A stretch of DNA of 64,000 nt from an uncultured Pseudomonadales bacterium (GTDB lineage Bacteria > Pseudomonadota > Gammaproteobacteria > Pseudomonadales > JAHEIH01): contig CAZRAM010000002.1 of NCBI GenBank assembly GCA_964598145.1, positions 403,795-467,794 of the forward strand, given 5' to 3'. The first letter of the stretch is position 1. Every line of letters starts with the position of its first letter. This document shows, piece after piece, positions 39,534 to 49,934 of the stretch. A program made the translations under genes and the position numbers. The notes beneath the pieces are model-generated. The model was not told where the DNA came from. It did not search any database and saw only the letters and a list, made by a program, of their open reading frames with translations.

Positions 39534-39658
39534 CGTCATTCTCCGTGATTTGATGTCAAAATATTATAGAACATTGCACAGATGCATATATCTCTTTGGA
39601 TTTTCTATAGTCCAGTCATGGGCCTACGGCGTAAAAAAATAAAAATACAAGGTGCGCT

Positions 39659-39973
39659 ATGGCGAGTAAACTTCTATACGACGATTTATTAAAAAAGGGC
39701 TCGGTACCCCGCATGGTGGTGGAGTCTTACGATTTGTGTCTCTACCAGTGCTTTGCTGACCTCGGGGAGGGCGAGCGGCTGGTATGGCAAACGCCTACTA
39801 AGACGCTGACCACCCACAACCTCACCGCGATGCGCGAAAAACTCGCCAAATTGAAACCCGCCGAGGTGTTTCTGCGTCAGTCGAGTGCCTTCGATGAGAT
39901 GATCGGGCAGCCGAACAAGACAGACAGCAATGCCTTGCTGCTTCCGCTATCGTTGGACTCTATTTTTTTCTAA
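39659..39973 (+). CDS. hypothetical protein (104 aa)
   Basis: Single clean ORF divergent from the precursor gene. No recognisable motif. Confidence 0.45.
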   Translation: MASKLLYDDLLKKGSVPRMVVESYDLCLYQCFADLGEGERLVWQTPTKTLTTHNLTAMREKLAKLKPAEVFLRQSSAFDEMIGQPNKTDSNALLLPLSLDSIFF

Positions 39974-40670
39974 CAGGACGGCGCGCAACTAATGTTTGGT
40001 ACAGCAGCATCACACCGGTCAACGTGAATAGCAAAGCACTGGCGGCAAAGGCAACGAGCAACGGGTGATTGAAATCATCGCGTTCATCGTAATCCATGAT
40101 GTGCAGCATCCAGACAAAATCGAAGAGCCGCCATATATCGCTGCGCACCCGTTGCAGTTCTCCACTGATGGGATGCAGGTAAAACGAGGTGTTGTCCTTG
40201 TCCGCAAAATCTACCCGCCACATGGGGGGACGCAATGGTCTGGCCTCCATGGGAAGTTCCTGTAATAACTCGGCGCTTGTAATGTCGGCTGTTTGAGTAA
40301 ACAAGCTGCGTGCAGTATCTGTGATGTATTGCTTATCCAAGGCGGGCATTGGCTGGCCGCTAACAGCGGAAAAGTAGCTCACCTGATCAGTGACTATCTT
40401 GTACACCGGTTCGTTACCCACGCTAATAAAGGCGACCTGCTTGGCGTTTAGCCCGTGCTCGACGAGTAACGCATTGAGTGGGTAGCGATAATCGGCTATG
40501 GCTAATTGCAGTGACTGGGGGTGGCGCAAGTGATCGCCGTGCACTTCGTCGATATCGAGGCTGGCCATGATGGTGCCGCCGCCAATCCAAAAGAGCAACT
40601 GCAGGCTCAACGCTAGGCCTGCCCATTTGTGCAGCCAGCGGTTCCATCGGTAGTAGGTTATCCAGTTCAT
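39960..40670 (-). CDS. PepSY-associated TM-helix protein
   Basis: 236 aa. The N-terminal YRWNRWLHKWAGLALSLQLLFWIGGG and a C-terminal TM helix bracketing a periplasmic domain are typical of PepSY-TM proteins. Confidence 0.65.
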   Translation of the reverse strand: MNWITYYRWNRWLHKWAGLALSLQLLFWIGGGTIMASLDIDEVHGDHLRHPQSLQLAIADYRYPLNALLVEHGLNAKQVAFISVGNEPVYKIVTDQVSYFSAVSGQPMPALDKQYITDTARSLFTQTADITSAELLQELPMEARPLRPPMWRVDFADKDNTSFYLHPISGELQRVRSDIWRLFDFVWMLHIMDYDERDDFNHPLLVAFAASALLFTLTGVMLLYQTLVARRPVRKK

Positions 40671-40773
40671 CTTGTTGTGCTCGGGTTGAATACGGTCGCG
40701 CCCGCCGAGACGACTTGACGGTTACATCGTGTCAGGTCACATTGTGGCCATCATAATAACAATGGAGACGGCA

Positions 40774-42114
40774 ATGGCCTATCTTGGATTGCTTTTTGGC
40801 TTGATTCTACTCATTTACTTGGCCCTACGTGGCGTCAGTATCGTACTTGCCGCGGTACTGTGTTCTCTGGTGGTGATCGTTACTAACGGTTTGCCGCTGG
40901 CGGATAGCCTGATGCAAGGGTTTGCGCTCGGCAAGTTGGGTGCATTTACCTTTGCCGGCAAGTTCTTTTTGTTGTTTGCCTGCGGTGCCATTTTTGGCCG
41001 CGTGATGGGCGACAGCATGGCGGCTACCAGCATCGCCATGGCCATGGTCAATGCCTGGGGCCGCGATAAAGTGTTATGGATTACGACGCTTGCCTGTGCC
41101 TTACTCACCTACGGTGGTGTAGTGGTATTCGTGGTGATTTTTGCCATTTATCCACTAGGCCTGCGTTTGTTGCAAGAGGCCAATATTCCTAAACGTTTGT
41201 TTACCGGCGCGGTGGCGCTGGGCGCGGGCACCTTTACCATGACCGCCTTGCCAGGAACGCCCTCTATCCACAATGTTATCGGTTCGGTAGGTTTTGGCAC
41301 TGACCTTTATGCAGGTTCCCTGTTGGGGTTCATCGGCAGTGCCATCATGCTGGGTGGCGGTATGTTTTATTTAGAGCGCGAGCGTCGCCTGGCGGAGGCG
41401 AGAGGCGAAGTGTTTGAGCCTAGTCCTAACGATCGCATCGTCGACATTAACGACACCCATTTACCATCTTGGGTAGCATCACTATTTCCGATTGTGGTGG
41501 TACTAGGCACCATTTTGCTGCCACGTTTGATGAGTGAGGGCGGCGGTGCGATGATGGACTTTGCCCGCAGTCAGCCCATTTTGTGGCCCTGTTTCGCGCT
41601 GATTTTGGGTAGTGTAGTGGCCTTGATGATGTTTGCCGGCGTTCGCCAGCGTGCCTTTGAGGTGATGAGCCAAGGCACCCAGGAATCCATCATGCCTCTG
41701 ATTAGCACGGCCGCGGTGATTGGTTTTGGCGGTGTTGTCACCCAGACGACAGGGTTTCAGTCGTTTATTGCCACTATGGCGGGTCTCGATCTGCCGCCAC
41801 TTATTAAATTGTTTACCTCTGTCAGTTTGATCTCGGGTATCACGGGTTCTGCGACGGGTGGATTGCAGATCTTCATGCAAACCATGGCGGCGACCTATAT
41901 CGAAACTGGGATTGCGCCTGAGGTGTTGCACCGTATCGCGGTGATGGCGAGCGGTGGTCTCGATTCACTGCCGCACTGCGGTGCCGTGATAGCCATGTTA
42001 ACCATCACTGGCATGACCCATCGGCAAGCCTATCGCGACGTGGCAGTAGTCACTATTGTGATTCCCATTGTCGCCACCCTAGTTAGTATTGGACTGGTGC
42101 CCATCTTGTATTAA
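40774..42114 (+). CDS. GntP-family (gluconate/organic anion:H+) permease
   Basis: ORF trimmed to ATG 40774, 7 nt after GGAG. 446-aa polytopic protein with GntP-like N-terminal and central helices. Confidence 0.7.
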   Translation: MAYLGLLFGLILLIYLALRGVSIVLAAVLCSLVVIVTNGLPLADSLMQGFALGKLGAFTFAGKFFLLFACGAIFGRVMGDSMAATSIAMAMVNAWGRDKVLWITTLACALLTYGGVVVFVVIFAIYPLGLRLLQEANIPKRLFTGAVALGAGTFTMTALPGTPSIHNVIGSVGFGTDLYAGSLLGFIGSAIMLGGGMFYLERERRLAEARGEVFEPSPNDRIVDINDTHLPSWVASLFPIVVVLGTILLPRLMSEGGGAMMDFARSQPILWPCFALILGSVVALMMFAGVRQRAFEVMSQGTQESIMPLISTAAVIGFGGVVTQTTGFQSFIATMAGLDLPPLIKLFTSVSLISGITGSATGGLQIFMQTMAATYIETGIAPEVLHRIAVMASGGLDSLPHCGAVIAMLTITGMTHRQAYRDVAVVTIVIPIVATLVSIGLVPILY

Positions 42115-42123
42115 TGGGTACAT

Positions 42124-42147
42124 GGAGAGGCGTGTGCCTCTCCTTTT
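42124..42147. terminator. Rho-independent terminator between convergent permease and asparaginase genes
   Basis: Stem ggagaggc/gcctctcc with loop gtgt, followed by tttt. Confidence 0.7.
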
Positions 42148-42152
42148 GAACG

Positions 42153-43133
42153 CTAGTCGTCTTTAAAAATAGCGCTATGCTCGTTACCGGAGGCGTCGAT
42201 CCAAGCGCGGTACATGCCAGCCGAATTAAAACTCACTACGACTTCACCATTCGGGGCGAGGCCTACGATGCCTCCGTCGCCGCCGAGGCCGACCAATTCA
42301 TCCTGAACCACATTGTCCGCGGCCTGCTGTAGGGATATGTTTAACAGACGGCTTTGGCTACAAATGTTGAAAGCCACCGCTGCGCGGATGAAATATTCAC
42401 CGTGGCCCGTCGCCGAGATGCCACAGCTACGGTTGTCGGCGTAGGTACCTGCACCGATGACGGGCACGTCGCCGATGCGTCCATAGCGCTTGTTGCTCAT
42501 GCCGCCCGTAGATGTGGCAGCGGTAATGTTACCGTGCTTATCCAGTGCCACCGCGCCCACGGTACCGGCGCGATCGTCTAATGTTTGGCGTTCGCGTGCC
42601 TGTATGCGTTCGAGTTGTAATTGTCGGCGCTCGGTAATGAAGTAGCTGTTCTCGACTAGGCTGAGTTGGCGTTCGGCGGCAAAGGTTTCGGCGCCTTCAC
42701 CCGCCAGAAAGACGTGGGGGCTGTGGTGTATTACCTCGCGCGCTGCCAAGATAGGATTTTTGATCGTTTTTACCCCGGCAATTGCCCCGGCATTGCGATC
42801 GTCACCGCGCATGATAGATGCGTCAAGTTCCACTTCGCCGCGGTGGTTCAGCACGGCGCCATGGCCGGCGTTGAACAGCGGTGAGTCCTCCATAGAGGTG
42901 ATGGCGGCAATCACGGCGTCTTCGCTACTGCCACCGGCCTCGAGAATCTGGTGGCCGCGCCTTGCCGCTTCACGAAGCGCGGCGTGGTAAGCCAGACGTT
43001 GTGCTGGGGTAATGTCCTTTTTCAAAATCGTGCCAGCACCACCGTGTATTACGATGGCTACGGGTGCCTCGGCGGCGTAGCTAGCGGCAGAGAATGCGAG
43101 TCCAAGGGCAGACAACAAAGCGGCAAGTCGCAT
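42153..43133 (-). CDS. isoaspartyl peptidase/L-asparaginase (Ntn hydrolase), secreted
   Basis: 326 aa with a signal peptide. Blocks IVIHGGAGT and GTVGAVALD (autoproteolytic Thr nucleophile). Confidence 0.9.
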   Translation of the reverse strand: MRLAALLSALGLAFSAASYAAEAPVAIVIHGGAGTILKKDITPAQRLAYHAALREAARRGHQILEAGGSSEDAVIAAITSMEDSPLFNAGHGAVLNHRGEVELDASIMRGDDRNAGAIAGVKTIKNPILAAREVIHHSPHVFLAGEGAETFAAERQLSLVENSYFITERRQLQLERIQARERQTLDDRAGTVGAVALDKHGNITAATSTGGMSNKRYGRIGDVPVIGAGTYADNRSCGISATGHGEYFIRAAVAFNICSQSRLLNISLQQAADNVVQDELVGLGGDGGIVGLAPNGEVVVSFNSAGMYRAWIDASGNEHSAIFKDD

Positions 43134-43154
43134 AGAAAGGTCCTCGTGGTAAGG

Positions 43155-44384
43155 TTATTTTTGCCAGCAGGGGTGGTCGGGTTGGCTGGCTAGCTGTAAG
43201 AGCAGTAGGGCGCTGAGTTGCGCGCGTGGCACAAAGGTGTCGGCGAGCAAATACTCTTTGTCGGAATGGATGTTGCCACCTTGAATACCCAGTGTGTCGA
43301 TATTGATGACACCAGCGGCAGCGAGGTTGTTACCGTCGCAGCAGCCTCCGGTGGGGTGCCATTGTAGATCTAGGCCGAGCTGTTGACCGCAATCTTGTGC
43401 CAAGCGGTAAAGCTGTTCCTGCCGGCCGGCGACTTGTTTGGGTGGTCTGCCAAAGCCCCCGTGAAGAGAGAGGCTAATACCTTCGCGTTGGTTGATATCC
43501 ACGACGATTTCTTTGAGCACGCTCTCCACTTCTTGCATTTCTTCAAGGGTGGCGACGCGTACGTTAAATTTACCCACCGCGTTGTCGGGCACGATATTGA
43601 GGGCGCCACCTCCGTGGATGTAACCGGGGTTAAAGGTCACGCCCGGCCAGCGACCATTGAGCTTGTCGATCGCCGCCATGGTATCGCACAAGGCGCGAAT
43701 AGCGTTGCGACCGAGGTGGTGTTCGCGCCCAGCGTGGGCAGCTTTACCGCGGCAAACAAGGCTAAAGTTGCCCGACCCTTTGCGGTCACCGGCGAGGTGG
43801 CCATTGGGCATGCAGGGTTCGTAGATCATGCCAATCTGGCAATGCTGTGCGAGCTCTTCAAATAAATGTGCCGAAGAGGGTGAGCCAATTTCTTCGTCGG
43901 GGTTAAGTAAAACATCCCAGCCGATTTGGCCGGCAAAGGGGGAGTTTTCCAGTACCCGCAGCGCTTCAAACATCAATACCAGCCCCCCTTTCAGATCCGC
44001 CACACCAGGGCCATTGAGGGTGTTGTCATCTAGCCATGTGCAACGCTGAAATGAGCTATCGGGTGGAAATACAGTATCGAGGTGGCCGGCCAATAAAATG
44101 CGCCGCGGTGCGTCGGGGTATTTGCTCAGGATGAAGGCATCGCCAAGCGGGGATTCACGCCACTCGCCGCGATCGTCGACCACGCGGTAGGGAACCGAAG
44201 GCTCTCGGCGCAACTCGGCGCCGAGATCACAGGCGTTGGCGACCAAGGCTTCGCCGACAGCGTTAACCCCATCGGGGTTAAAACTGCCGGAATTGATGTT
44301 AGCCATTTCAACGGTAGTCTCCACCATGGCCGCTTTTTTGGCGGCCAGCGTGTCGAGCAAGGGGCTGAAACTGGCGGTGTCCAT
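43155..44384 (-). CDS. M20-family metallohydrolase (carboxypeptidase G2/deacylase-like)
   Basis: 409 aa with M20 metal-binding blocks LAGHLDTVFP and NPDEEIGSP. It starts 2 nt after the aminotransferase stop. Confidence 0.85.
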   Translation of the reverse strand: MDTASFSPLLDTLAAKKAAMVETTVEMANINSGSFNPDGVNAVGEALVANACDLGAELRREPSVPYRVVDDRGEWRESPLGDAFILSKYPDAPRRILLAGHLDTVFPPDSSFQRCTWLDDNTLNGPGVADLKGGLVLMFEALRVLENSPFAGQIGWDVLLNPDEEIGSPSSAHLFEELAQHCQIGMIYEPCMPNGHLAGDRKGSGNFSLVCRGKAAHAGREHHLGRNAIRALCDTMAAIDKLNGRWPGVTFNPGYIHGGGALNIVPDNAVGKFNVRVATLEEMQEVESVLKEIVVDINQREGISLSLHGGFGRPPKQVAGRQEQLYRLAQDCGQQLGLDLQWHPTGGCCDGNNLAAAGVINIDTLGIQGGNIHSDKEYLLADTFVPRAQLSALLLLQLASQPDHPCWQK

Positions 44385-44386
44385 GG

Positions 44387-45613
<1,227 letters not shown>

Positions 45614-45796
45614 TCAAATGTTCGATGCCTCGATCACAGGTGGGCATCTTTATGAATCTATTGTAGTGCCTCGCCACTTTTTGCAACGGGTCGCTTAGTG
45701 ACCCGTCACGGCTGAGATTTAGGTGTCATAGTATCACCTGTTTACACAACAAAATATCAGCGCGGCGACACAATTGCTGCGCAACAGCGGAGTTAA

Positions 45797-47266
45797 ATGA
45801 TGAACGGACAGTGTTTGCTCAATGGTCAGTGGCGCGATGGTAGTGGCCAGCCTTTTGAATCCCATAATCCCGCCACCGGTGAGGTGGTTTGGTCGGGCGC
45901 AGCGGCCAGCGCTGACGATGTTGCCGAGGCGGTAGCCGCGGCGCAACAGGCCTTTAAGCCTTGGCGGCAGCACACCTTGGAGCAGCGCCTTGCTGTCATT
46001 CATGCCTTCGTTGAACAACTCAAAACCCATAGTGACGAGCTGGCAGACATTATTTCACGCGAGACTGGCAAGATCCTCTGGGATGCCAAGGGTGAGGTCG
46101 CCGCTATGATTGGCAAGGCGGCCATTTCAGAAAAGGCCTACCACGAACGCACCGGGGTCGTTGAGCAAACCTTGGGCGGCGTGCAGGCGCGATTGAAACA
46201 CAACCCGTTGGGTGCGATGGCGGTGTTTGGACCCTACAACTTTCCCTGCCATTTACCCAACGGACATATTATTCCCGCCTTGATCGCGGGCAACACCATC
46301 GTCTTTAAACCCAGCGAGCTGACGCCGCTATGCGCCGAATTTACCCTGCAATTGTGGTTGCGTGCTGGTTTGCCTGAGGGGGTGATCAATCTCGTGCATG
46401 GTGCGCGTGATACCGGTGTGGCCCTGTCGCAGCATCCAGGTTTGGCGGGTATCTTGTTTACCGGTAGCGCCGAAACAGGGCGTGCGATTCACCGTCAATT
46501 GGCTGGCCAGCCAGAGAAAATGTTGGCCTTGGAGATGGGGGGCAATAACCCGCTGATCGTGGAGTCGGCTAGTAGTATTGCGGCTGCGGTGCAAACCACC
46601 ATTCAGTCGGCTTTTGTCAGTAGTGGCCAGCGCTGTACCTGTGCGCGTCGTCTGATCGTTCCTAGCGGGCAGTGGGGGGATGATTTCCTGACTGAATTAG
46701 TTGCCACCGTGCCGCGGCTAACGGTAGGCGGCTGGAATGATACCCCCGCGCCATTCATGGGGCCATTGATTGCGCATGCGCCGGTCCAAGCGGTGCTTAA
46801 TGGTCAAAAGCATTGGTCGGCACTCGGGGGTGAAGTTTTGGTGGAAGCCAAGCTGCTTGACCGCGGGGAATGCTTTGTCTCGCCTGGCATCGTCGATGTC
46901 ACCCAGGTATACACCCAACTTCCCGATAAGGAGATTTTTGGACCCTTATTGCAGGTCATCAGGGTGGCCGATCTCGATGCGGCTATCGATGTGGCCAACG
47001 CCACTCAATACGGTCTGTCAGCGGGTTTGATAAGCGATTCGGCAGCAAACTTCGAGTATTTTATGGCCAATATTAATGCCGGCGTGGTCAACTGGAACCG
47101 TCCCCTCACCGGCGCAAGTGGTGCCATGCCCTTTGGTGGGCCTGGCGCTAGCGGCAACCTCCGCCCCAGTGCCTACTATGCCGCCGATTATTGCGCTTAT
47201 CCGGTAGCGAGCATGTACAGCGAGCAATGCGCAGAAGACGATAATTTCGACCGTTTCCTGCAATAG
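45797..47266 (+). CDS. astD: succinylglutamate-semialdehyde dehydrogenase
   Basis: 489 aa. The AstD-like N-terminus (NGQWRDGSGQPFESHNPATGEVVW), the ALDH blocks LEMGGNNP and the catalytic-Cys block GQRCTCARR. Confidence 0.82.
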   Translation: MMNGQCLLNGQWRDGSGQPFESHNPATGEVVWSGAAASADDVAEAVAAAQQAFKPWRQHTLEQRLAVIHAFVEQLKTHSDELADIISRETGKILWDAKGEVAAMIGKAAISEKAYHERTGVVEQTLGGVQARLKHNPLGAMAVFGPYNFPCHLPNGHIIPALIAGNTIVFKPSELTPLCAEFTLQLWLRAGLPEGVINLVHGARDTGVALSQHPGLAGILFTGSAETGRAIHRQLAGQPEKMLALEMGGNNPLIVESASSIAAAVQTTIQSAFVSSGQRCTCARRLIVPSGQWGDDFLTELVATVPRLTVGGWNDTPAPFMGPLIAHAPVQAVLNGQKHWSALGGEVLVEAKLLDRGECFVSPGIVDVTQVYTQLPDKEIFGPLLQVIRVADLDAAIDVANATQYGLSAGLISDSAANFEYFMANINAGVVNWNRPLTGASGAMPFGGPGASGNLRPSAYYAADYCAYPVASMYSEQCAEDDNFDRFLQ

Positions 47267-47339
47267 TTTTCCTGCATAACGCTGGCAACTCTGTCACGAT
47301 GAACTAAGCTAAATTCATTTCATACTACAAGGACCCTAT

Positions 47340-47561
47340 ATGAAAATTGGCCTAGCGATCGTGGCAGTACTCTTGGTGATTTCAGGATATTTTGGCAAGC
47401 CGTACATCGATATGGTGCTTGATGGTCAGCCCGTTGGCTGCGTGATGGATCAGATCAATCTCGACATGAGCAGCGACGGTGGCATCAAAGATGAGTTGGC
47501 GCGCAAGACCAATGCCGCTAATTGCAAAGCCCAGGCCCTGCTAGAGGATGCTCGCAGCTAA
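47340..47561 (+). CDS. small membrane-anchored hypothetical protein (73 aa)
   Basis: N-terminal TM/signal anchor MKIGLAIVAVLLVISGYF and two Cys. No family recognised. Confidence 0.4.
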   Translation: MKIGLAIVAVLLVISGYFGKPYIDMVLDGQPVGCVMDQINLDMSSDGGIKDELARKTNAANCKAQALLEDARS

Positions 47562-47638
47562 TAGTTGTGACGACAATCCACCCGTGATTGTTTAAGCGGC
47601 CTTGCTAGACTTGGCTTTTCTTATTTAGGGGAATTGCC

Positions 47639-49933
47639 ATGCGACGCTGGGCCGTCTGCTTTTTATCATTACTGGCGCCGTTGGCCAGTGCTAATCACCA
47701 CGATGACGTTATTCAGATTCCATTACTGGAGGGTAGTGTTCGTGTCGACGGTGTGTTGGATGATCCTATCTGGCAACGCGCGACCAAAGTGACCATGGAC
47801 ATTGTTTCTCGTCCATACCTAAATACACCCTCGCCGATTGAAACCACCGCCTTTGTCTTCGAGGATGGCGAGACGTTGTTTGTTGCGTTCGACGCGCGCG
47901 ACCCTGACACTCAGCAGATTCGCGCTCTTTATCGCGATCGCGACAGTAATTTTAGTGACGATATGGTGGGCATTAAGCTAGACACCCACGCCGATGGCCG
48001 CTTGGCTTATCAATTTTTTGCCAATCCCTACGGCATACAAGCGGATGCCATTGAAAACCAAATGACCAACAGCGAGAGTGCCGCCTGGGATGCAATTTGG
48101 AAAACAGGAGGGCGTATTCACGACCATGGTTACGTGGTAGAAATGGCAATACCGCTCAATATCTTAAAGTTTGAAGAGAGCGATGGCGCCAAACGCTGGG
48201 CGATGGAGTTTGTGCGATTTTACCCGCGCAATGAAACCCTACGTATTTCTAATTTGCCATGGGATCGCAACAACGCTTGCTTCCTATGCCAAATGGGACC
48301 TGTGCAAGGGTTTGCTACGGCCGAACAGGGGAATAACTTGGCGCTAGTACCTTCTTTGGTGTTGGGCAGTGGGGAATCGCGCGATCCTTATGACAACCCT
48401 GAATGGCAGGGCAATAACGTCAGTGAAGTGAGCTTTGATGCCAAGTGGAGTCCCACACCAGAAATAGGGTTATTGGCCACCTATAATCCAGACTTTTCGC
48501 AGGTTGAAGCCGATGTGGCACAGCTGAGCGTTAATAATAACTTTGCGTTGTTTTTCCCTGAAAAGCGTACCTTTTTCACCGAAAACGCCGAGTACTTCGA
48601 TTCGCTTTATCGCTTTGTCTACACCCGTAATATCCAAGATCCCGATGTTGGATTGAAATTGACTGGCCGCAAAGGCGCCCACACCATGGGATTATTTGCC
48701 GCAGATGATACCTCGACACTGATCTTTGTGCCCGGCAACTTGGGTTCTAGCTTGGTGGAGTACGAGCGCCCTTCAAATAATTTAGTGGCGCGCTATCGCT
48801 ACGATGTCTCGAAGGATTTCTCGGTGGGCTTGCTGTCGACCCAGCGCCGAGCGACGGACTACAGCAATAGCCTCAATGCCTTGGATATGAAATACCAGTG
48901 GTCGTCGTTCGACGTGTTTAGGGCACAATTTGCACACAGTGAAAGCGAGTATCCGCGCGATCTATATACCCAGTTGTGCGATGTGGATTGTCTTTCAAAT
49001 GACCTCAATGAGGGGGTGTTGCGCCTTCGTCGCGATGACGTGCTGAGTGATACAGCTTACAACCTTGACTATCGCCATGAGCGGCGAGACTGGATGGTAC
49101 GCGCTCAACACCTAAAGAGTGGAGCGGATTTTCGTAGCGATCTAGGCTTTGAAAACTTTATCGATCGCACCCGTTCATTGCTCGGTGGGCACTGGCGCTG
49201 GTTTAGCAAGAACAGTTGGTGGAATACGGCAACGCTTTACGCCGATTGGGATATTACCCACAGCGAAGCCGGTGAATTATTAGAAGTGGAACGCGAGGCG
49301 CGGCTTTCGGTTATTGGCAGCTGGCAGACAGAGGCAACAGTGGGCGTGGTTGAAAGAGAAATAGCCGGCTTGCGACTCGACAATAGCACCCTGCAAATTG
49401 CCGGCAACAGCAATCGTTTTGGTGAACGAGGCGCGTTTGTCGACCTGCAGATGTCGCCTTCAATGCTCTTTACCGCCGGTTTGTACGCAAGTTATTCACC
49501 TGATAAGGTGGATTTTGCCAATGATCGCGTGGGTACTCAACGTACTTTGGCACCCTGGTTTGATTTGAATTTGGGTAAGCACTTGCAAATAAAATTGCGC
49601 CATACCTTCAGCGAGTTAGATGCGGAGGGTGCCAATGTATTTAGTGCTAATCTCACCGATTTACGCATGACCTACCAGTTCGATGCCAAACAGTTTTTGC
49701 GACTGATTGCGGTGAATTCTGATATTAAAAGAAACCAGGACAATTACCTTGAGGCAGTCGATGCTCGCAGCCGAAATTTAAGCCTACAACTACTGTATTC
49801 CTACAAGGTCAATCCGCTGACTAAATTCTTTATTGGCTATTCGCAAGCGGGTTTCCGCGATGATACGTTTACCCAATTAACCGATACCGACCGCTCGGTG
49901 TTTATGAAGATTAGCTACGCTTGGCAGCAGTAA
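47639..49933 (+). CDS. CBM9-like + DUF5916 outer-membrane protein
   Basis: 764 aa with a signal peptide. The N-terminal block VRVDGVLDDPIWQRA...LFVAFDARDP...RDSNFSDDMVGIKLDTHADGRLAYQFFANPYG is the CBM9-like pattern that precedes DUF5916 beta-barrels. The C-terminal part has alternating beta-strand character. Confidence 0.7.
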   Translation: MRRWAVCFLSLLAPLASANHHDDVIQIPLLEGSVRVDGVLDDPIWQRATKVTMDIVSRPYLNTPSPIETTAFVFEDGETLFVAFDARDPDTQQIRALYRDRDSNFSDDMVGIKLDTHADGRLAYQFFANPYGIQADAIENQMTNSESAAWDAIWKTGGRIHDHGYVVEMAIPLNILKFEESDGAKRWAMEFVRFYPRNETLRISNLPWDRNNACFLCQMGPVQGFATAEQGNNLALVPSLVLGSGESRDPYDNPEWQGNNVSEVSFDAKWSPTPEIGLLATYNPDFSQVEADVAQLSVNNNFALFFPEKRTFFTENAEYFDSLYRFVYTRNIQDPDVGLKLTGRKGAHTMGLFAADDTSTLIFVPGNLGSSLVEYERPSNNLVARYRYDVSKDFSVGLLSTQRRATDYSNSLNALDMKYQWSSFDVFRAQFAHSESEYPRDLYTQLCDVDCLSNDLNEGVLRLRRDDVLSDTAYNLDYRHERRDWMVRAQHLKSGADFRSDLGFENFIDRTRSLLGGHWRWFSKNSWWNTATLYADWDITHSEAGELLEVEREARLSVIGSWQTEATVGVVEREIAGLRLDNSTLQIAGNSNRFGERGAFVDLQMSPSMLFTAGLYASYSPDKVDFANDRVGTQRTLAPWFDLNLGKHLQIKLRHTFSELDAEGANVFSANLTDLRMTYQFDAKQFLRLIAVNSDIKRNQDNYLEAVDARSRNLSLQLLYSYKVNPLTKFFIGYSQAGFRDDTFTQLTDTDRSVFMKISYAWQQ

Positions 49934-49934
49934 T

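Noticed and set aside
47626-47635. Identical 10-mer TAGGGGAATT just upstream of the ATGs of two secreted proteins (also at 51194-51203)
   Set aside because: It contains an AGGGGA Shine-Dalgarno at the normal distance from each start. It is most simply two similar ribosome-binding sites, and two copies are too few to argue for a regulatory motif.
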